Source of the DNA: Bacilli bacterium | GTDB taxonomy: Bacteria > Bacillota_I > Bacilli_A > RF39 > UBA660 | Assembly (NCBI GenBank): GCA_017428495.1 | Contig: JAFRQS010000023.1 | Coordinates: forward strand, 670 to 64,669 | Reading direction: 5' to 3' | DNA length: 64,000 nt | In this document: in pieces, positions 29,953-41,689 of the stretch | How the letters are laid out: each line of letters starts with the position of its first letter | Numbering within the stretch: the first letter of the stretch is position 1 | Notes under the pieces: model-generated | Seen by the model: only the letters and a program-made list of their open reading frames with translations | Told to the model about the DNA's origin: nothing | Databases searched by the model: none | Program-made: the position numbers and the translations under genes

Positions 29953-30636
29953 ATGATAAAATTAGTTTTAGTAAGACATGGTGAATCAATATGGAATCTA
30001 GAAAATAGATTTACTGGATGGACAGATGTTGATTTATCAGAAAATGGTGTAAGTGAAGCTATAGAAGCTGGTAAAATATTAAAAGAGAAAGGGTATACTT
30101 TTGATATTGCTTTTACTAGCGTACTAAAAAGAGCAAATAGAACTTTAGATATAATTTTAGATGAGTTAGGATTGAAAATTCCTATTGAATATAGTTATAA
30201 ATTGAATGAAAGACATTACGGAGCTTTACAGGGATTAAATAAAGAAGAAACTAGAAAAAAATATGGTGAGGAGCAAGTACATCTTTGGAGGAGAAGTGTA
30301 AATGTTAGACCTCCTGCATTAACTATTGATGATCCAAGATATCCATTAAATGATCCTAAATATAAAGATGTAGATAGAAAAAACATACCATTAACTGAAA
30401 ATTTATTGGATACTATAGAAAGAGTAGTGCCTTATTATAAGAGTGCAATAGAACCAAAATTAAGAGATAATAATGTAATTGTAGTAGCGCATGGTAATAG
30501 TTTAAGAGCTTTAATCAAATATATAGATAATTTAACTGATGAAGAAGTTATGGCTTTAGAAATACAAACTGGTAATCCAATTGTATATGAATTTGATGAT
30601 AATCTAAAGCCAATAAATCATTATTACCTAAAATAA
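29953..30636 (+). CDS. gpmA: 2,3-BPG-dependent phosphoglycerate mutase
   Basis: [18 protein letters not shown] and AHGNSLR. Confidence 0.97.
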   Translation: MIKLVLVRHGESIWNLENRFTGWTDVDLSENGVSEAIEAGKILKEKGYTFDIAFTSVLKRANRTLDIILDELGLKIPIEYSYKLNERHYGALQGLNKEETRKKYGEEQVHLWRRSVNVRPPALTIDDPRYPLNDPKYKDVDRKNIPLTENLLDTIERVVPYYKSAIEPKLRDNNVIVVAHGNSLRALIKYIDNLTDEEVMALEIQTGNPIVYEFDDNLKPINHYYLK

Positions 30637-30637
30637 T

Positions 30638-31429
30638 ATGGATGAAGAAGTTAAATATTTGAAAACAGCTCTTAGAATTATAGATTGTAAACATGTAAGT
30701 AGTTATATAAATGATAATGAGATATTAATTAGATTTACATATAAAAATAGAAATTATATACTACATATAAATAATGATTATGGACTAGTCACAATAGAAC
30801 AAATTGAATCTGCTAATATTGGAAGTGTGGGATATGATGAAATCGCATTATTGAATGATATTAGAGAGATATTACCATATACTGAATTTGAAGGATATAA
30901 TGTGTATGCAATATCATATTTTAATTCTTTAGGTTACGTAGGAAATAAACCTGTTACAATAAAAAAGATGGAAATAAGTATAGATACTGGTAATGAAGAT
31001 ATTGCAGTATATAGAGCAATAATAAAACCTACTAAAGAAGTGGAAGGGGAATTTGTAGATTATTTTGGCGGATTATATGAATTTGATAGTAGGATATTTG
31101 AGGATGATTGGTTAGAAGATTTTAATGAAAAAGTAGATACATATTCTGAAGAGGATTTATTTATAATAATTTCTACAATTGCGTCATATCCATACAAATT
31201 ATTAACTAATTCATGGAAAGGCAAAAAAATAGATCCGTTTGTGCTTTCATATGTTAGTGAGCAAGCAATAAATGAAGCACAAAAGTATATTAATTTATAT
31301 CCTGTTAATGAAGGTGAAGATAAATTTGAAGGCTGGTATCATATGTGGGAATTATATTTTACTGATAAGACATTAGAAGATTATTTGAATAAAAGAGGCG
31401 GTAATCAGAAGAAAAAAGAGTTTAGTTAA
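30638..31429 (+). CDS. Hypothetical acidic protein (263 aa)
   Basis: ORF starts 1 nt after the gpmA stop and ends at a terminator; no family recognised. Confidence 0.7.
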   Translation: MDEEVKYLKTALRIIDCKHVSSYINDNEILIRFTYKNRNYILHINNDYGLVTIEQIESANIGSVGYDEIALLNDIREILPYTEFEGYNVYAISYFNSLGYVGNKPVTIKKMEISIDTGNEDIAVYRAIIKPTKEVEGEFVDYFGGLYEFDSRIFEDDWLEDFNEKVDTYSEEDLFIIISTIASYPYKLLTNSWKGKKIDPFVLSYVSEQAINEAQKYINLYPVNEGEDKFEGWYHMWELYFTDKTLEDYLNKRGGNQKKKEFS

Positions 31430-31490
31430 TATTGAATTAAACTCTTTTTTGTTATATACTATATTTGAGAATAGAATAGAGGTGTTTTTG

Positions 31491-31628
31491 ATGGATAGAG
31501 AAATTAAAACAGAATACGTTGATAAGCTTTTATCTCTAACAAAAGAAGAATTAGAGGGCATATTTAATGAATTGAGTTTATCTGAATTAGAAGACTTAAT
31601 ATCAAAAATAAACGAGGGGGTTGAATAG
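31491..31628 (+). CDS. Small hypothetical helical protein (45 aa), absent from the ORF track
   Basis: SD GAGGTG at ~31480; reads MDREIKTEYVDKLLSLTKEELEGIFNELSLSELEDLISKINEGVE*. Confidence 0.65.
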   Translation: MDREIKTEYVDKLLSLTKEELEGIFNELSLSELEDLISKINEGVE

Positions 31629-31629
31629 T

Positions 31630-33135
31630 GTGACAAAAAAGGAATTTAGTGAATATATAGAAAAAGCAATGGAAGAATGCAGAAGTATTTATAAAGAAAC
31701 GAAGAGTTATACTGAAAAGATGTATTCTAGTGCTATGAAAGAAAATATGAATAAATCAGCAATCGGTTTATATACATTAGAAAATGATCCTGAATATATG
31801 TATAACAAATATATGGAAAGATTAGCACTTTCTAAACTAGATAGATTATATTCTTTATTAAAAGAAGCTGCAAGAGAAAGAATGGAATCAATGTCCGATG
31901 AAGATATTGAAGAATATAGAGAAGAAAAACAAGCGGAGATTAGTGAAGAAATAAATAGAAAAATGCTTAAGTTTGAAGCACTAACAGATGAAATGGCTAG
32001 ATTAGTTATTAAAGATTCAATAGATGAACTTATAATTGAACAAAAAAGAGTTAGAACATGTGCTGTAGATGAAATTAAATCTTCTTTAATAGAAAAGTTA
32101 GGTATATCAAAGACTGTTTCAAATATAGCTCCGTTAGCAGATGATGAAGCTAAAGTATTGGCAAATATTTCTAGGGATAAAGAAACTCTAACAAGATTTT
32201 TTAAACTGCTAGAAGAATATAGAAATTTACAAAGTGATGTTAAGACAATTGGAATAGAAAGAGTTATAATTGCAAGAGATTTAATTCCATCAAATATGAA
32301 TTTCTCATTATCTGATATAAATGAAGAAGAATTATTTAGTGATGAAACTTTTGACAAAATTCAAAAACAAATATCTATCTATATTCAGAGTGCTGTTGAT
32401 GAAGAAACAGTTGAAAGCATGTATTTTTCAGATGGGGCAGAAGAAAGTTATTATGCATTAAAATCAACTAGTTATAAGTATTCAGATGAAATACCACATG
32501 ATGAAAAGGCATTAAAACACTTTAAATCAATAATAACAGATAGATTATATGAGCTTGCACAATTACAAAATCAAGAATGGGAAAGATTACATAACAAAAT
32601 GTTTAAAACCAATGAAACAACATCTAGAATAGCAAGTTTATCTTCTGAAATAGATGAAACAAAAGAGTTAATAAATCATTGTATAATAGAAAAATACAAG
32701 GAACATTATTCTAATAATGATATATATGGATCTATTTCTACAAGAATAAATGGCAAGTTGGAATATGCTTTAGGAAGAGAATCATTAGAAGATTTCTATA
32801 ATACAGGAATTTGGCCAACTAAAGAGCAGATAGATGCGCTTAAAAGAGCTAGAGAATTAAATAAGAAAGAAGCAGAAAAATGCGTTATAAGAGTTGAGGT
32901 TGCAAAGGAGAAATTCTCTGGATTACAAGAAAGAGCTTTAAATAATAAAAATGAAAAGATAGAACTAGTAAGAAAAGAAATGACAGATCTTGTTGGTAAT
33001 TGGGAAAATCCTACAATATTAAATATTATAAATAGTGGAATAAGAATTGATGAAAAACCAATAACCAAACCTGTTCAAGAAGAAAGTACAAATAAATTTA
33101 TCAATGAAACAGAAGAATTATTAATTGAAGATTAA
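31630..33135 (+). CDS. Hypothetical E/K-rich coiled-coil protein (~501 aa)
   Basis: Probable GTG start at 31630 after GAGGGGG; heptad-like helical composition; no signal peptide. Confidence 0.75.
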   Translation: MTKKEFSEYIEKAMEECRSIYKETKSYTEKMYSSAMKENMNKSAIGLYTLENDPEYMYNKYMERLALSKLDRLYSLLKEAARERMESMSDEDIEEYREEKQAEISEEINRKMLKFEALTDEMARLVIKDSIDELIIEQKRVRTCAVDEIKSSLIEKLGISKTVSNIAPLADDEAKVLANISRDKETLTRFFKLLEEYRNLQSDVKTIGIERVIIARDLIPSNMNFSLSDINEEELFSDETFDKIQKQISIYIQSAVDEETVESMYFSDGAEESYYALKSTSYKYSDEIPHDEKALKHFKSIITDRLYELAQLQNQEWERLHNKMFKTNETTSRIASLSSEIDETKELINHCIIEKYKEHYSNNDIYGSISTRINGKLEYALGRESLEDFYNTGIWPTKEQIDALKRARELNKKEAEKCVIRVEVAKEKFSGLQERALNNKNEKIELVRKEMTDLVGNWENPTILNIINSGIRIDEKPITKPVQEESTNKFINETEELLIED

Positions 33136-33183
33136 GCAATAAGTTAGCACTTATTGTTTTTTTTAAAAACTTGTAATTTTGTA

Positions 33184-33212
33184 TTGATTTTTTGCATAAA
33201 GTTTGATAAAAT
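33184..33212 (+). promoter_or_regulatory. Sigma-A promoter of the S10 operon
   Basis: TTGATT-N17-TAAAAT, preceded by the terminator CAATAAGT-TAGC-ACTTATTG at ~33139. Confidence 0.7.
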
Positions 33213-33229
33213 GTATAGGAATGTTGTGG

Positions 33230-33315
33230 CTTAGATGTGCAAGGTTGCTGATACGCTAGGTTAAGTTGTACAAATAAAATCTAGAATAAATCAGGTTATT
33301 TGCGCGGAGCAAGTT
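33230..33315 (+). ncRNA. Structured rpsJ (S10) 5' leader
   Basis: Nested pairings GTGCAA/TTGCGC, CTGAT/ATCAG and CTAGGTT/AATCTAG; AGGTTGC...GGAG ends resemble Firmicute S10 leaders. Confidence 0.65.
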
Positions 33316-33348
33316 TATACATGATATAAGCGAAGGGAGGATTTTTTT

Positions 33349-33654
33349 ATGTCAAAGATACGTATAAAGTTAAAAGCATATGATCATAGAATCCTTGATC
33401 AAGCAGCTGGAAGAGTTGTTGAGGCAATAAAAAGAACTGGTGGTGAAATAAGTGGACCAATTCCACTACCAACAGAAATTGAAAAATTCACAATTTTAAG
33501 AGCTGTTCATAAGTATAAGGACTCTCGTGAACAATTTGAAATGCGTACGCATAAGAGATTAATTGAAATCAATAATCCAAGTAAGGAGACTGTTGAGGCA
33601 TTAACAAGAATCGACTTACCAAGTGGTGTTGATATAAAAGTAGAAAACAAATAG
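33349..33654 (+). CDS. rpsJ: 30S ribosomal protein S10
   Basis: [12 protein letters not shown]...GPIPLPT. Confidence 0.99.
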   Translation: MSKIRIKLKAYDHRILDQAAGRVVEAIKRTGGEISGPIPLPTEIEKFTILRAVHKYKDSREQFEMRTHKRLIEINNPSKETVEALTRIDLPSGVDIKVENK

Positions 33655-33664
33655 GAGGAAAAGT

Positions 33665-34396
33665 ATGAAAGGAATCTTAGGTAAAAAGATTGGCATGACT
33701 CAAGTTTTTGCTAATGATGGTAAGTTAATTCCTGTCACAGTAGTTTCAGTAGAACCAAATGTAGTAATGCAAGTTAAAACTAAAGAAACAGATGGTTATG
33801 AGGCTATTCAATTAGGATTTGCTACTAAGAAAGAGAAACATAGCAACAAACCTGAAGTAGGACATGCAAAAAAAGCAAATACTGCACCTAAGCGCTTCTT
33901 AAAAGAAATTAAAGGTGTAGAAGGCAATTATGAACTAGGACAAGAAATCAAATGTGATATCTTTGAAGCTGGTGAAATAGTTGATGTTACAGGAACAAGT
34001 AAAGGTAAAGGGTTCCAAGGCGTTATTAAACGTTATAATCAATCACGTGGACCAATGGGACATGGATCTCAATATCATAGAGGTGTAGGTTCTATGGGTA
34101 CACTAAGACCAATGCGTGTATTTAAAGGAAAGAAATTACCTGGTCATATGGGTAATGAAACTGTTACAATTCAAAATCTTGAAATAGTTGCAGTTGACGT
34201 AGAAGAAAATGTTATTCTAATCAAAGGAAATATCCCAGGACCTAAAAACTCATTTGTAGTTATTAAGTCTTCAGTAAAGCATCCAAATGCTAAGAATGAA
34301 GCTGCTAATTTAATTACATATGAAGAAGCTAAGGAAGAACCTGTAGTTGAAGAGACTGTTGAAACAGTTGAAGAAACTACTGAAGTTTCTGAATAG
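33665..34396 (+). CDS. rplC: 50S ribosomal protein L3 (acidic C-terminal tail)
   Basis: [10 protein letters not shown] and KGKGFQG. Confidence 0.99.
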   Translation: MKGILGKKIGMTQVFANDGKLIPVTVVSVEPNVVMQVKTKETDGYEAIQLGFATKKEKHSNKPEVGHAKKANTAPKRFLKEIKGVEGNYELGQEIKCDIFEAGEIVDVTGTSKGKGFQGVIKRYNQSRGPMGHGSQYHRGVGSMGTLRPMRVFKGKKLPGHMGNETVTIQNLEIVAVDVEENVILIKGNIPGPKNSFVVIKSSVKHPNAKNEAANLITYEEAKEEPVVEETVETVEETTEVSE

Positions 34397-34407
34397 GAGG
34401 TTAAATT

Positions 34408-35034
34408 ATGCCTAAAATGAATGTTATAAATGTTAAAGGTGAAAAAGTAAAGGATATTAAATTAGATGACAAAGTTTGGAGTATTGAACCAAATGATGCT
34501 GTTATATATGATGCAATAGTATTACAAATGGCTTCATTAAGACAAGGTACTCATAAAGTTAAAACACGCGCAGAAGTTTCTGGTGGTGGAAGAAAACCAT
34601 GGAGACAAAAGGGCACTGGTAATGCTCGTCAAGGTTCAACAAGAAGTCCACAATGGAGACATGGTGGTATAGTATTTGGACCAACAACTGAAAGAAATTA
34701 CAATGTTAAGATGAATAAGAAAGAAAGAAGATTAGCTTTAAAGTCTGCTTTATCTTATAAAGTAATAGATAGTGAATTAAAAGTATTAGATAGTTTAGTA
34801 TTAGAAAATTCTAAGACTAAAGGAATGCTTGATGTTATGAAGGGATTAAAATTAGAAGATTCAGTTTTATTTGTAGTACATGAATTAACTGATGAATTGA
34901 TATTAGCTTCTCGTAATATCAAAGGTGTTAAGGTAATACTTCCTAATGAAGTTAATGTTCTTGATTTAGCTACATATAAGAATATGGTAGCTACTGAAGA
35001 TGCTGTTAAAGCAATTGAGGAGGTGCTTATCTAA
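34408..35034 (+). CDS. rplD: 50S ribosomal protein L4
   Basis: [15 protein letters not shown]. Confidence 0.99.
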   Translation: MPKMNVINVKGEKVKDIKLDDKVWSIEPNDAVIYDAIVLQMASLRQGTHKVKTRAEVSGGGRKPWRQKGTGNARQGSTRSPQWRHGGIVFGPTTERNYNVKMNKKERRLALKSALSYKVIDSELKVLDSLVLENSKTKGMLDVMKGLKLEDSVLFVVHELTDELILASRNIKGVKVILPNEVNVLDLATYKNMVATEDAVKAIEEVLI

Positions 35035-35315
35035 TGTTATCAAATTATAGAGATATCATATTAGCACCAATTATAACTGAAAAAAGCACAGCTATTGCAT
35101 CTAAAGAAGGAACTTATGTTTTTAAAGTAGATGTTAAAGCAAATAAATCACAAATTAAAGATGCTATAGAAAAGATCTTTAACGTAAAAGTAGAAAGCGT
35201 TAATACTGTTAATGTTCATCCAAAGAAGAAAAGAGTTGGAAGACATAGTGGTATGACAAACAAATATAAGAAAGCAATCGTTACTTTAGTAAGCGGTAAC
35301 AAGATTGATTTATAG
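35034..35315 (+). CDS. rplW: 50S ribosomal protein L23
   Basis: [15 protein letters not shown] and KKAIVTL. Confidence 0.98.
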   Translation: MLSNYRDIILAPIITEKSTAIASKEGTYVFKVDVKANKSQIKDAIEKIFNVKVESVNTVNVHPKKKRVGRHSGMTNKYKKAIVTLVSGNKIDL

Positions 35316-35325
35316 GAGGGATAGT

Positions 35326-36159
35326 ATGCCTGTAAGAAATTATAAACCAACAACTGCTTCAAGAAGAAAAATGAGTACTTTAGTTAATGATGAAATTACT
35401 AAAACTACTCCAGAAAAAAGTTTAGTTGTTACTGTTAAGAAAAATGCTGGACGTAACAATCAAGGTAAGATTACAGTTAGACATCAAGGTGGAGGCGTTA
35501 AAAGAAAATATAGAATTATAGATTTTAAACGTAATAAATTAGATGTAGAAGGTACTGTAAGTGCTATTGAATATGATCCAAATAGAACAGCAAATATTGC
35601 TTTAATTAGTTATAAAGATGGTGAAAAAAGATATATAATCGCTCCAAATGGATTAAAAGTTGGAGATGTAATAGTAAGTAGTGAGAATGCAGATATTAAA
35701 GTAGGTAATGCTTTACCTTTAGTAAACATACCTGTAGGTACTGTAATTCACAATATTGAAATGAGACCTTTAAAGGGTGGACAACTTTGTAGAAGTGCTG
35801 GTTCAAGTGCTCAAATTCTTGGTAGAGAAGGAAACTATGTTTTAATAAGATTAACTAGTGGAGAAACAAGAAAAATATTAGGTGTTTGTAAAGCAACAGT
35901 TGGTGAAGTTGGAAACTTAGATAAAGAATTAGTTAAATTAGGGAAAGCTGGACGTAAACGTCATATGGGAATTAGACCAACAGTTCGTGGTTCTGTTATG
36001 AACCCTAATGATCACCCACATGGTGGTGGTGAAGGTAGAGCTCCAATAGGTAGAAGTGGACCAATGACTCCATGGGGTAAACCTGCTCTTGGTATGAAAA
36101 CTCGTAAGAATAGAAAAACTTCAACTAAGTTTATTGTAAAACGTCGTAATGATAAATAG
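35326..36159 (+). CDS. rplB: 50S ribosomal protein L2
   Basis: [12 protein letters not shown] and [13 protein letters not shown]; start ATG 35326. Confidence 0.99.
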   Translation: MPVRNYKPTTASRRKMSTLVNDEITKTTPEKSLVVTVKKNAGRNNQGKITVRHQGGGVKRKYRIIDFKRNKLDVEGTVSAIEYDPNRTANIALISYKDGEKRYIIAPNGLKVGDVIVSSENADIKVGNALPLVNIPVGTVIHNIEMRPLKGGQLCRSAGSSAQILGREGNYVLIRLTSGETRKILGVCKATVGEVGNLDKELVKLGKAGRKRHMGIRPTVRGSVMNPNDHPHGGGEGRAPIGRSGPMTPWGKPALGMKTRKNRKTSTKFIVKRRNDK

Positions 36160-36170
36160 GAGGTAAAAAT

Positions 36171-36440
36171 ATGGCAAGAAGTTTAAAAAAAGGACCTTAT
36201 GTATTCGCAAGATTACTAAAAAAGGTTAAAACATTAAATGAAACTGGTAAAAAAGAAGTAATTAAAACATGGTCTCGCCGTTCAACAATTTATCCTGATT
36301 TTATCGGTCATACTTTTGCAGTACATAATGGTAAGGAATTTATTCCTGTATATGTTACTGAAGATATGGTTGGTCACAAACTAGGAGAGTTTTCATTAAC
36401 TCGTAAGTTTGGTGGACACGGCGAAAACAAGAAGAAGTAA
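36171..36440 (+). CDS. rpsS: 30S ribosomal protein S19
   Basis: KTWSRRSTI and GHKLGEF. Confidence 0.99.
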   Translation: MARSLKKGPYVFARLLKKVKTLNETGKKEVIKTWSRRSTIYPDFIGHTFAVHNGKEFIPVYVTEDMVGHKLGEFSLTRKFGGHGENKKK

Positions 36441-36453
36441 TTAGGAGGCTTAT

Positions 36454-36786
36454 ATGGAAGCAAAAGCAATCGCTAAAAATGTAAGAATGTCTGCGGATAA
36501 AGCTAGATTAGTTGCTGACTTAATTCGCGGTAAAAAAGTAAATGAAGCAATGTCTATTCTTAAAAATATGAACAGAAAAGCTGCTAGAGTTATTGAAAAA
36601 GTATTAACTTCAGCAGTAGCTAATGCAGTAAATAATAATAATTTAAATAAAGATAACCTATATGTTAAAGAAGCTTATGTTAATGAAGGACCTGTTATGA
36701 AAAGAATGATAATGGATTCAAGAGGACATGTAGGAAGAAACGACAGAAGAACTAGTCATGTTACTGTTGTTGTAAAAGAAATTTAA
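36454..36786 (+). CDS. rplV: 50S ribosomal protein L22
   Basis: KARLVADLIRGK and SAVANA. Confidence 0.98.
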   Translation: MEAKAIAKNVRMSADKARLVADLIRGKKVNEAMSILKNMNRKAARVIEKVLTSAVANAVNNNNLNKDNLYVKEAYVNEGPVMKRMIMDSRGHVGRNDRRTSHVTVVVKEI

Positions 36787-36798
36787 TAGGAGGTAGTC

Positions 36799-37479
36799 AT
36801 GGGACAAAAAGTAAATCCAATCGGACTTAGAACTGGTATTAATAAAGACTGGAGTTCTAAATGGTATGCATCTAATAAAGATTTTGCTACTTTCTTAAAT
36901 AGAGACGTATTAATACGTAAATGCTTAAGTAAGAAGTTAAAAGATGCTGCTGTATCAAATATTGTCATTGAAAGAAATGCAAAAAGAACTGAAGTTATAA
37001 TATATACTGCTAAGCCTGGTGTAATAATTGGCCATGGTGGAGAAGAAATTGAAAATTTAAAGAAGGAATTATCTAAATTAACTTCTGAAAATGTTCAAAT
37101 ATCTATCATGGAAATAAAAAATCCTGACTTAAGTGCTCAAATTGTTGCTGATAATATAGCTCATCAAATAGAAAATAGAGCATCATTCCGTGTAGCACAA
37201 AAAAGAGCAATTAGAAATACTATGAAAGCAGGAGCTAAAGGTATCAAAACTAAAGTTTCTGGTAGACTTGGCGGAGCTGATATAGCACGTAGTGAAGGAT
37301 ATGCTGAAGGTACTACACCTCTACATACAATAAGAGCAGATATAGATTATGCTACAAGTGAAGCTGATACTACTTTCGGTAAGATCGGTGTAAAAGTATG
37401 GATTTATAAAGGTGAAATACTAAAGCAAAAGAAATCTAAGGGAGGTAATGACAATGGCACTAATACCAAAAAGAACTAA
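36799..37479 (+). CDS. rpsC: 30S ribosomal protein S3
   Basis: [11 protein letters not shown] and [10 protein letters not shown]. Confidence 0.99.
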   Translation: MGQKVNPIGLRTGINKDWSSKWYASNKDFATFLNRDVLIRKCLSKKLKDAAVSNIVIERNAKRTEVIIYTAKPGVIIGHGGEEIENLKKELSKLTSENVQISIMEIKNPDLSAQIVADNIAHQIENRASFRVAQKRAIRNTMKAGAKGIKTKVSGRLGGADIARSEGYAEGTTPLHTIRADIDYATSEADTTFGKIGVKVWIYKGEILKQKKSKGGNDNGTNTKKN

Positions 37480-37876
37480 ATATAGAAGACCTCACAGACT
37501 TAGATATGATGGTGAAGCAAGAGGAAACACTGAATTACATTTCGGTGAATATGGATTAATGGCAATGGAAGGTGCTTGGATTACTCAACAACAAATCGAA
37601 GCTGCCAGAGTTGCTATGACAAGATATATGAAACGTGGTGGAAAGGTATATAGAAATATATTCCCACATCTATCACTTACTAAAAAACCACTAGAAACTC
37701 GTCAAGGTAAAGGTAAAGGTGCACCTGAAAATTGGGTTGCAGTAGTAAAGAAAGGTAAAATTATGTTTGAAATCACTGGTGTTACAGAGGATGTTGCAAG
37801 AGAAGCATTAAGACTTGCAATGCATAAATTACCTATTAAATGTAAATTTGTTATGAAAGAAAGTGGTGAAGAATAA
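37454..37876 (+). CDS. rplP: 50S ribosomal protein L16
   Basis: PKRTKYRR and [11 protein letters not shown]. Confidence 0.99.
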   Translation: MALIPKRTKYRRPHRLRYDGEARGNTELHFGEYGLMAMEGAWITQQQIEAARVAMTRYMKRGGKVYRNIFPHLSLTKKPLETRQGKGKGAPENWVAVVKKGKIMFEITGVTEDVAREALRLAMHKLPIKCKFVMKESGEE

Positions 37877-38070
37877 TGGATGCAAAGAAAATAAGAGATT
37901 TATCCACTGAAGAAATAATGAAGAAAATTGAAGAAAATAAAGAAGAATTGTTTAACTTAAGATTTTCTCAAGCAACTGGAAATCTTGAAAAACCTTCAAG
38001 AATACCAGAACTTAGAAAAGAAATTGCAAGAATGAAAACTGTAATTAGAGAAAGAGAATTACAAAAGTAA
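37876..38070 (+). CDS. rpmC: 50S ribosomal protein L29
   Basis: [15 protein letters not shown]. Confidence 0.98.
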   Translation: MDAKKIRDLSTEEIMKKIEENKEELFNLRFSQATGNLEKPSRIPELRKEIARMKTVIRERELQK

Positions 38071-38081
38071 TGGAGGTAAGT

Positions 38082-38339
38082 ATGGAAATTAGAAAACAAG
38101 AATTAGTTGGTAAAGTTGTAAGTGCAAAAAATGATAAGACTATAACTGTACTAGTAGAAACATATAGAAAACATCCATTATATGGAAAAAGAGTTAAACA
38201 TTCTAAGAAATATGCTGCACATGATGAAAATAATATAGCTAAAATTGGCGATAAAGTTCGTATAGTAGAAACTAGACCATTATCAAAAACTAAGAAATTT
38301 AAATTAGTTGAGATAGTTGAAGAAGCAGTAATTTTATAG
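38082..38339 (+). CDS. rpsQ: 30S ribosomal protein S17
   Basis: KHPLYGKRV and ETRPLSKTK. Confidence 0.98.
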   Translation: MEIRKQELVGKVVSAKNDKTITVLVETYRKHPLYGKRVKHSKKYAAHDENNIAKIGDKVRIVETRPLSKTKKFKLVEIVEEAVIL

Positions 38340-38365
38340 TCCAATTAATAAAGGAGGAATAAAGT

Positions 38366-38734
38366 ATGGTTCAACAAGAAAGTCGCTTAAAAGTAGCTGA
38401 TAATTCAGGCGCAAGAGAACTTTTAGTAATTAGAGTACTAGGTGGTAGTAAAGTAAAAACTGGTAATATTGGAGATGTAGTTGTTGGTACAGTTAAAAAG
38501 GCAACTCCAAATGGAACAGTTAAAGAAGGAAAAGTAGTAAAAGCAGTAATAGTTAGAACAAAATTTGGTGTAAGAAGAGATGATGGTTCTTATATTAAAT
38601 TTGATGATAATGCATGTGTATTAATTAAAGATGATAAGAGTCCAGTAGGAACACGTGTATTAGGACCTGTTGCTAGAGAACTTCGTGATAAAGATTATAT
38701 GAAGATAGTTTCACTAGCACCAGAGGTGTTATAG
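38366..38734 (+). CDS. rplN: 50S ribosomal protein L14
   Basis: VADNSGA, FDDNACV and SLAPEVL. Confidence 0.99.
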   Translation: MVQQESRLKVADNSGARELLVIRVLGGSKVKTGNIGDVVVGTVKKATPNGTVKEGKVVKAVIVRTKFGVRRDDGSYIKFDDNACVLIKDDKSPVGTRVLGPVARELRDKDYMKIVSLAPEVL

Positions 38735-38742
38735 GAGGTATT

Positions 38743-39048
38743 ATGAACTTTAAGAAAGGCGATAAAGTAAACGTAATTGCTGGTAAAGATAAAGGCAAAA
38801 ACGGAAAAATACTATATGTATTAAAAGATAAGGTAGTAGTTGAAGGTGTTAATATTGTTAAGAAACATCAAAAACCAACTGCACAAAATCAAACAGGTGG
38901 AATCGTTGAAAGAGAACATCCTATTCACATTTCTAATATAATGATGGCTGATCCTAAAACAGGAAAAAGTACAAGAATAGGTCATGAAATAGATAAGAAT
39001 GGCAAAAAAGTTAGAATTTCTAAGAAATCTAATGAAAAGATTGATTAA
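38743..39048 (+). CDS. rplX: 50S ribosomal protein L24
   Basis: KOW motif [15 protein letters not shown]. Confidence 0.98.
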   Translation: MNFKKGDKVNVIAGKDKGKNGKILYVLKDKVVVEGVNIVKKHQKPTAQNQTGGIVEREHPIHISNIMMADPKTGKSTRIGHEIDKNGKKVRISKKSNEKID

Positions 39049-39065
39049 TTGGAAGGAGGGTATTT

Positions 39066-39605
39066 ATGAACCGCCTAAAAGAGAAATATTTTAAGGAAGT
39101 TGTTCCTAGTTTAAAAGAGAAATACCATTATACAACATTGATGGCAGTACCTAAAATTGAAAAAATAGTAATTAACATGGGTGTAGGAGATGCTAAAGAA
39201 AATAGTAAGTATTTAGAAGGTGCCGAGAGAGATCTTGAACTTATTACTGGTTTAAAACCTGTAGTAACTAGAGCTAAGAAATCTATAGCAGGCTTCAAAA
39301 TAAGAGAAGGTGCTCCTATTGGATGTAAAGTTACATTACGTGGTGAAAATATGTATGTTTTCCTAGAAAAACTTATAAGAATTTCATTACCTCGTGTTAA
39401 AGATTTTAGAGGAGTATCAAATAGAGCATTTGATGGAAGAGGAAATTATACTTTAGGTATTAAAGAACAATTAATATTCCCTGAAATTGAATTTGATACT
39501 GTTGTTAAAGTACGTGGTATGGATATAGTATTTGTTACAACTGCAAAGAGTAATGAAGAAGCATATGATTTATTAAGTGGACTAGGAATCCCATTTAGAA
39601 AGTAG
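39066..39605 (+). CDS. rplE: 50S ribosomal protein L5
   Basis: KIVINMGVG and FDGRGNY. Confidence 0.99.
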   Translation: MNRLKEKYFKEVVPSLKEKYHYTTLMAVPKIEKIVINMGVGDAKENSKYLEGAERDLELITGLKPVVTRAKKSIAGFKIREGAPIGCKVTLRGENMYVFLEKLIRISLPRVKDFRGVSNRAFDGRGNYTLGIKEQLIFPEIEFDTVVKVRGMDIVFVTTAKSNEEAYDLLSGLGIPFRK

Positions 39606-39617
39606 TGGAGGATATAT

Positions 39618-39803
39618 ATGGCTAAAAAGAGTATGATTGTAAAATCAAAAAGACCACAAAAATTTAAGGTACGTGAATATACTCGTTGTGAAAGATGTGG
39701 TAGACCACACGCAGTTATGAGTAAGTTTGGTATATGCCGTATTTGTTTTAGAGAACTTGCTAACAACGGACAAATACCAGGCGTTAAAAAATCAAGTTGG
39801 TAA
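39618..39803 (+). CDS. rpsZ: 30S ribosomal protein S14 (Zn-binding type Z)
   Basis: RCERCGR...ICRICFR. Confidence 0.98.
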   Translation: MAKKSMIVKSKRPQKFKVREYTRCERCGRPHAVMSKFGICRICFRELANNGQIPGVKKSSW

Positions 39804-39824
39804 TATTTGGGAGGAGGAATATAG

Positions 39825-40223
39825 ATGGTAGTAACTGACCCAATTGCTGATATGCTTACTAGAATACGTAATGCTAATCAGTTAAAATATAATGAAGTTT
39901 TAGTACCTACATCAAAGTTAAAAGTTGGTATTGCTGACATTTTAAAGAATGAAGGTTATATAAATGGTTATAGCATTGAAGATTCTGAAAATGGAAGTAT
40001 GATCAAAATAGAACTTAAGTATGGTGCAAAGAAAGAAAGAGTAATTACTGGATTAAAAAGAATATCTAAACCAGGATTACGTGTATATGCTAAAAAAGAA
40101 GAAATTCCTACTGTATTAAATGGTTTAGGAATAGCAATAATTTCAACACCTAAGGGACTTATGGTAGATAGAGAAGCTCGTAAGGCAAACCTTGGTGGAG
40201 AAGTTTTAGCATATATTTGGTAA
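39825..40223 (+). CDS. rpsH: 30S ribosomal protein S8
   Basis: [12 protein letters not shown] and ISKPGLRVY. Confidence 0.99.
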   Translation: MVVTDPIADMLTRIRNANQLKYNEVLVPTSKLKVGIADILKNEGYINGYSIEDSENGSMIKIELKYGAKKERVITGLKRISKPGLRVYAKKEEIPTVLNGLGIAIISTPKGLMVDREARKANLGGEVLAYIW

Positions 40224-40244
40224 CAATTACAAGGAGGAAAAAAT

Positions 40245-40784
40245 ATGAGTCGTATTGGAAATAGAGTATTAACAATTCCTGCAGGAGTTGAGGTAACTTC
40301 AAATGAAGATAAGATTACAGTAAAAGGTCCTAAAGGATCACTTGATTTCCCTCTATCTAAAAGTGTAATTGTTAAAATAGATGGAAATGGTTTATCTGTA
40401 GAAAGAAAAGATGAATCTGATAATTCAAATATAATGCAAGGAACTACTAATGCAATTATAAAAAATATGATTGATGGTGTTTCAAAAGGATTTGAAAAAG
40501 GATTAGAAATAATCGGTGTAGGATATCGTTTTCAAGTACAAGGTAATTCACTTACTGTAAATGCAGGTTATTCTCATCCTGTAAAAATAACTGTTCCAGC
40601 AGGATTATCTGTTGAACAAGTTAGTAATACAGAAATAGTTGTAAAAGGAATAAATAAAGAATTAGTTGGCGAATTTGCTGCAAATATTAGAAAAGTTAGA
40701 AAACCTGAACCATATAAAGGTAAAGGAATTCGTTATAAAGGTGAAGTTGTTCGTCGTAAAGAGGGCAAGAAAGCCGCTAAATAA
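40245..40784 (+). CDS. rplF: 50S ribosomal protein L6
   Basis: MSRIGN and PEPYKGKGI. Confidence 0.99.
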   Translation: MSRIGNRVLTIPAGVEVTSNEDKITVKGPKGSLDFPLSKSVIVKIDGNGLSVERKDESDNSNIMQGTTNAIIKNMIDGVSKGFEKGLEIIGVGYRFQVQGNSLTVNAGYSHPVKITVPAGLSVEQVSNTEIVVKGINKELVGEFAANIRKVRKPEPYKGKGIRYKGEVVRRKEGKKAAK

Positions 40785-40804
40785 TAAGTAAAGGAGATTA
40801 TGTT

Positions 40805-41167
40805 ATGATAAAGAAAATATCTCGTAATGAAGTTCGTAAAGCTAGACATAGTCGTATTAGAACTAAGGTTAGTGGAGATGCAAATACTCCAAGATTAAGT
40901 GTGTTTAGATCTAATAAACAAATTAGTTGTCAAATTATTGATGATGTTAAAGGTGTTACATTAGTACAAGCATCTAGTTTAGATAAAGATTTAAAAATCA
41001 CTAATGGTGGAAATATTGAAGCTGCTAAATTAGTTGGTAAGAGTATTGCTGAAAAAGCAAAGAAAGCAAAAATTAAAACCGTAGTATTTGATAGAAGTGG
41101 TTACTTATATCATGGACGTGTAGAAGCACTTGCTGATGCTGCACGTGAAAACGGTTTGGAATTTTAG
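40805..41167 (+). CDS. rplR: 50S ribosomal protein L18
   Basis: [10 protein letters not shown] and [12 protein letters not shown]. Confidence 0.99.
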   Translation: MIKKISRNEVRKARHSRIRTKVSGDANTPRLSVFRSNKQISCQIIDDVKGVTLVQASSLDKDLKITNGGNIEAAKLVGKSIAEKAKKAKIKTVVFDRSGYLYHGRVEALADAARENGLEF

Positions 41168-41176
41168 GAGGCGACT

Positions 41177-41689
41177 ATGGAAAAACGTAGATTTAATGAA
41201 CCTAAAGCGAAAGAATATGAAGAATTAGTTATTGCTGTTAATCGTGTTACTAAAGTTACAAAAGGAGGAAGACGTTTTAGATTTGCTGCAACAGTAGTTG
41301 TAGGAAATAGAAAAGGTACAGTTGGATTTGGTACTGGTAAAGCTAATGAAGTACAAGATGCTGTTAAAAAGGCAATCCAATCTGCTACTAAAAACGTTGT
41401 AAGAATACCTCTAGTTGAAGAAAGAACTATACCACATGAAGCTACTGGTGAAAGCGGTGCTGCAAGAGTACTTATTAAACCTGCTAAAGCTGGTACTGGT
41501 ATTATAGCTGGTGGATCAGTAAGAGCTGTTTTAGAACTTGCTGGTGTAAAAGATGTAGTATCTAAATCTCTTGGATCAAATAGTAAAATTAATGTAGTAA
41601 GAGCTACAATGAGCGCATTAACTTCTCAAAGAAGTGCTGAACATATAGCAGCTTTAAGAGGTAAAACAGTAGAGGAGATTTTAGGATAA
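41177..41689 (+). CDS. rpsE: 30S ribosomal protein S5
   Basis: [12 protein letters not shown] and GTGIIAGG. Confidence 0.99.
   Translation: MEKRRFNEPKAKEYEELVIAVNRVTKVTKGGRRFRFAATVVVGNRKGTVGFGTGKANEVQDAVKKAIQSATKNVVRIPLVEERTIPHEATGESGAARVLIKPAKAGTGIIAGGSVRAVLELAGVKDVVSKSLGSNSKINVVRATMSALTSQRSAEHIAALRGKTVEEILG

Noticed and set aside
30980-31020. AVYRA as an ADP-ribosyltransferase Arg motif
   Set aside because: No supporting S-T-S or catalytic E-x-E pattern in the right order.
31707-33068. Minus-strand ORFs of 216 and 90 aa
   Set aside because: Antisense to the E/K-rich gene; composition is that of a reverse-complement shadow.
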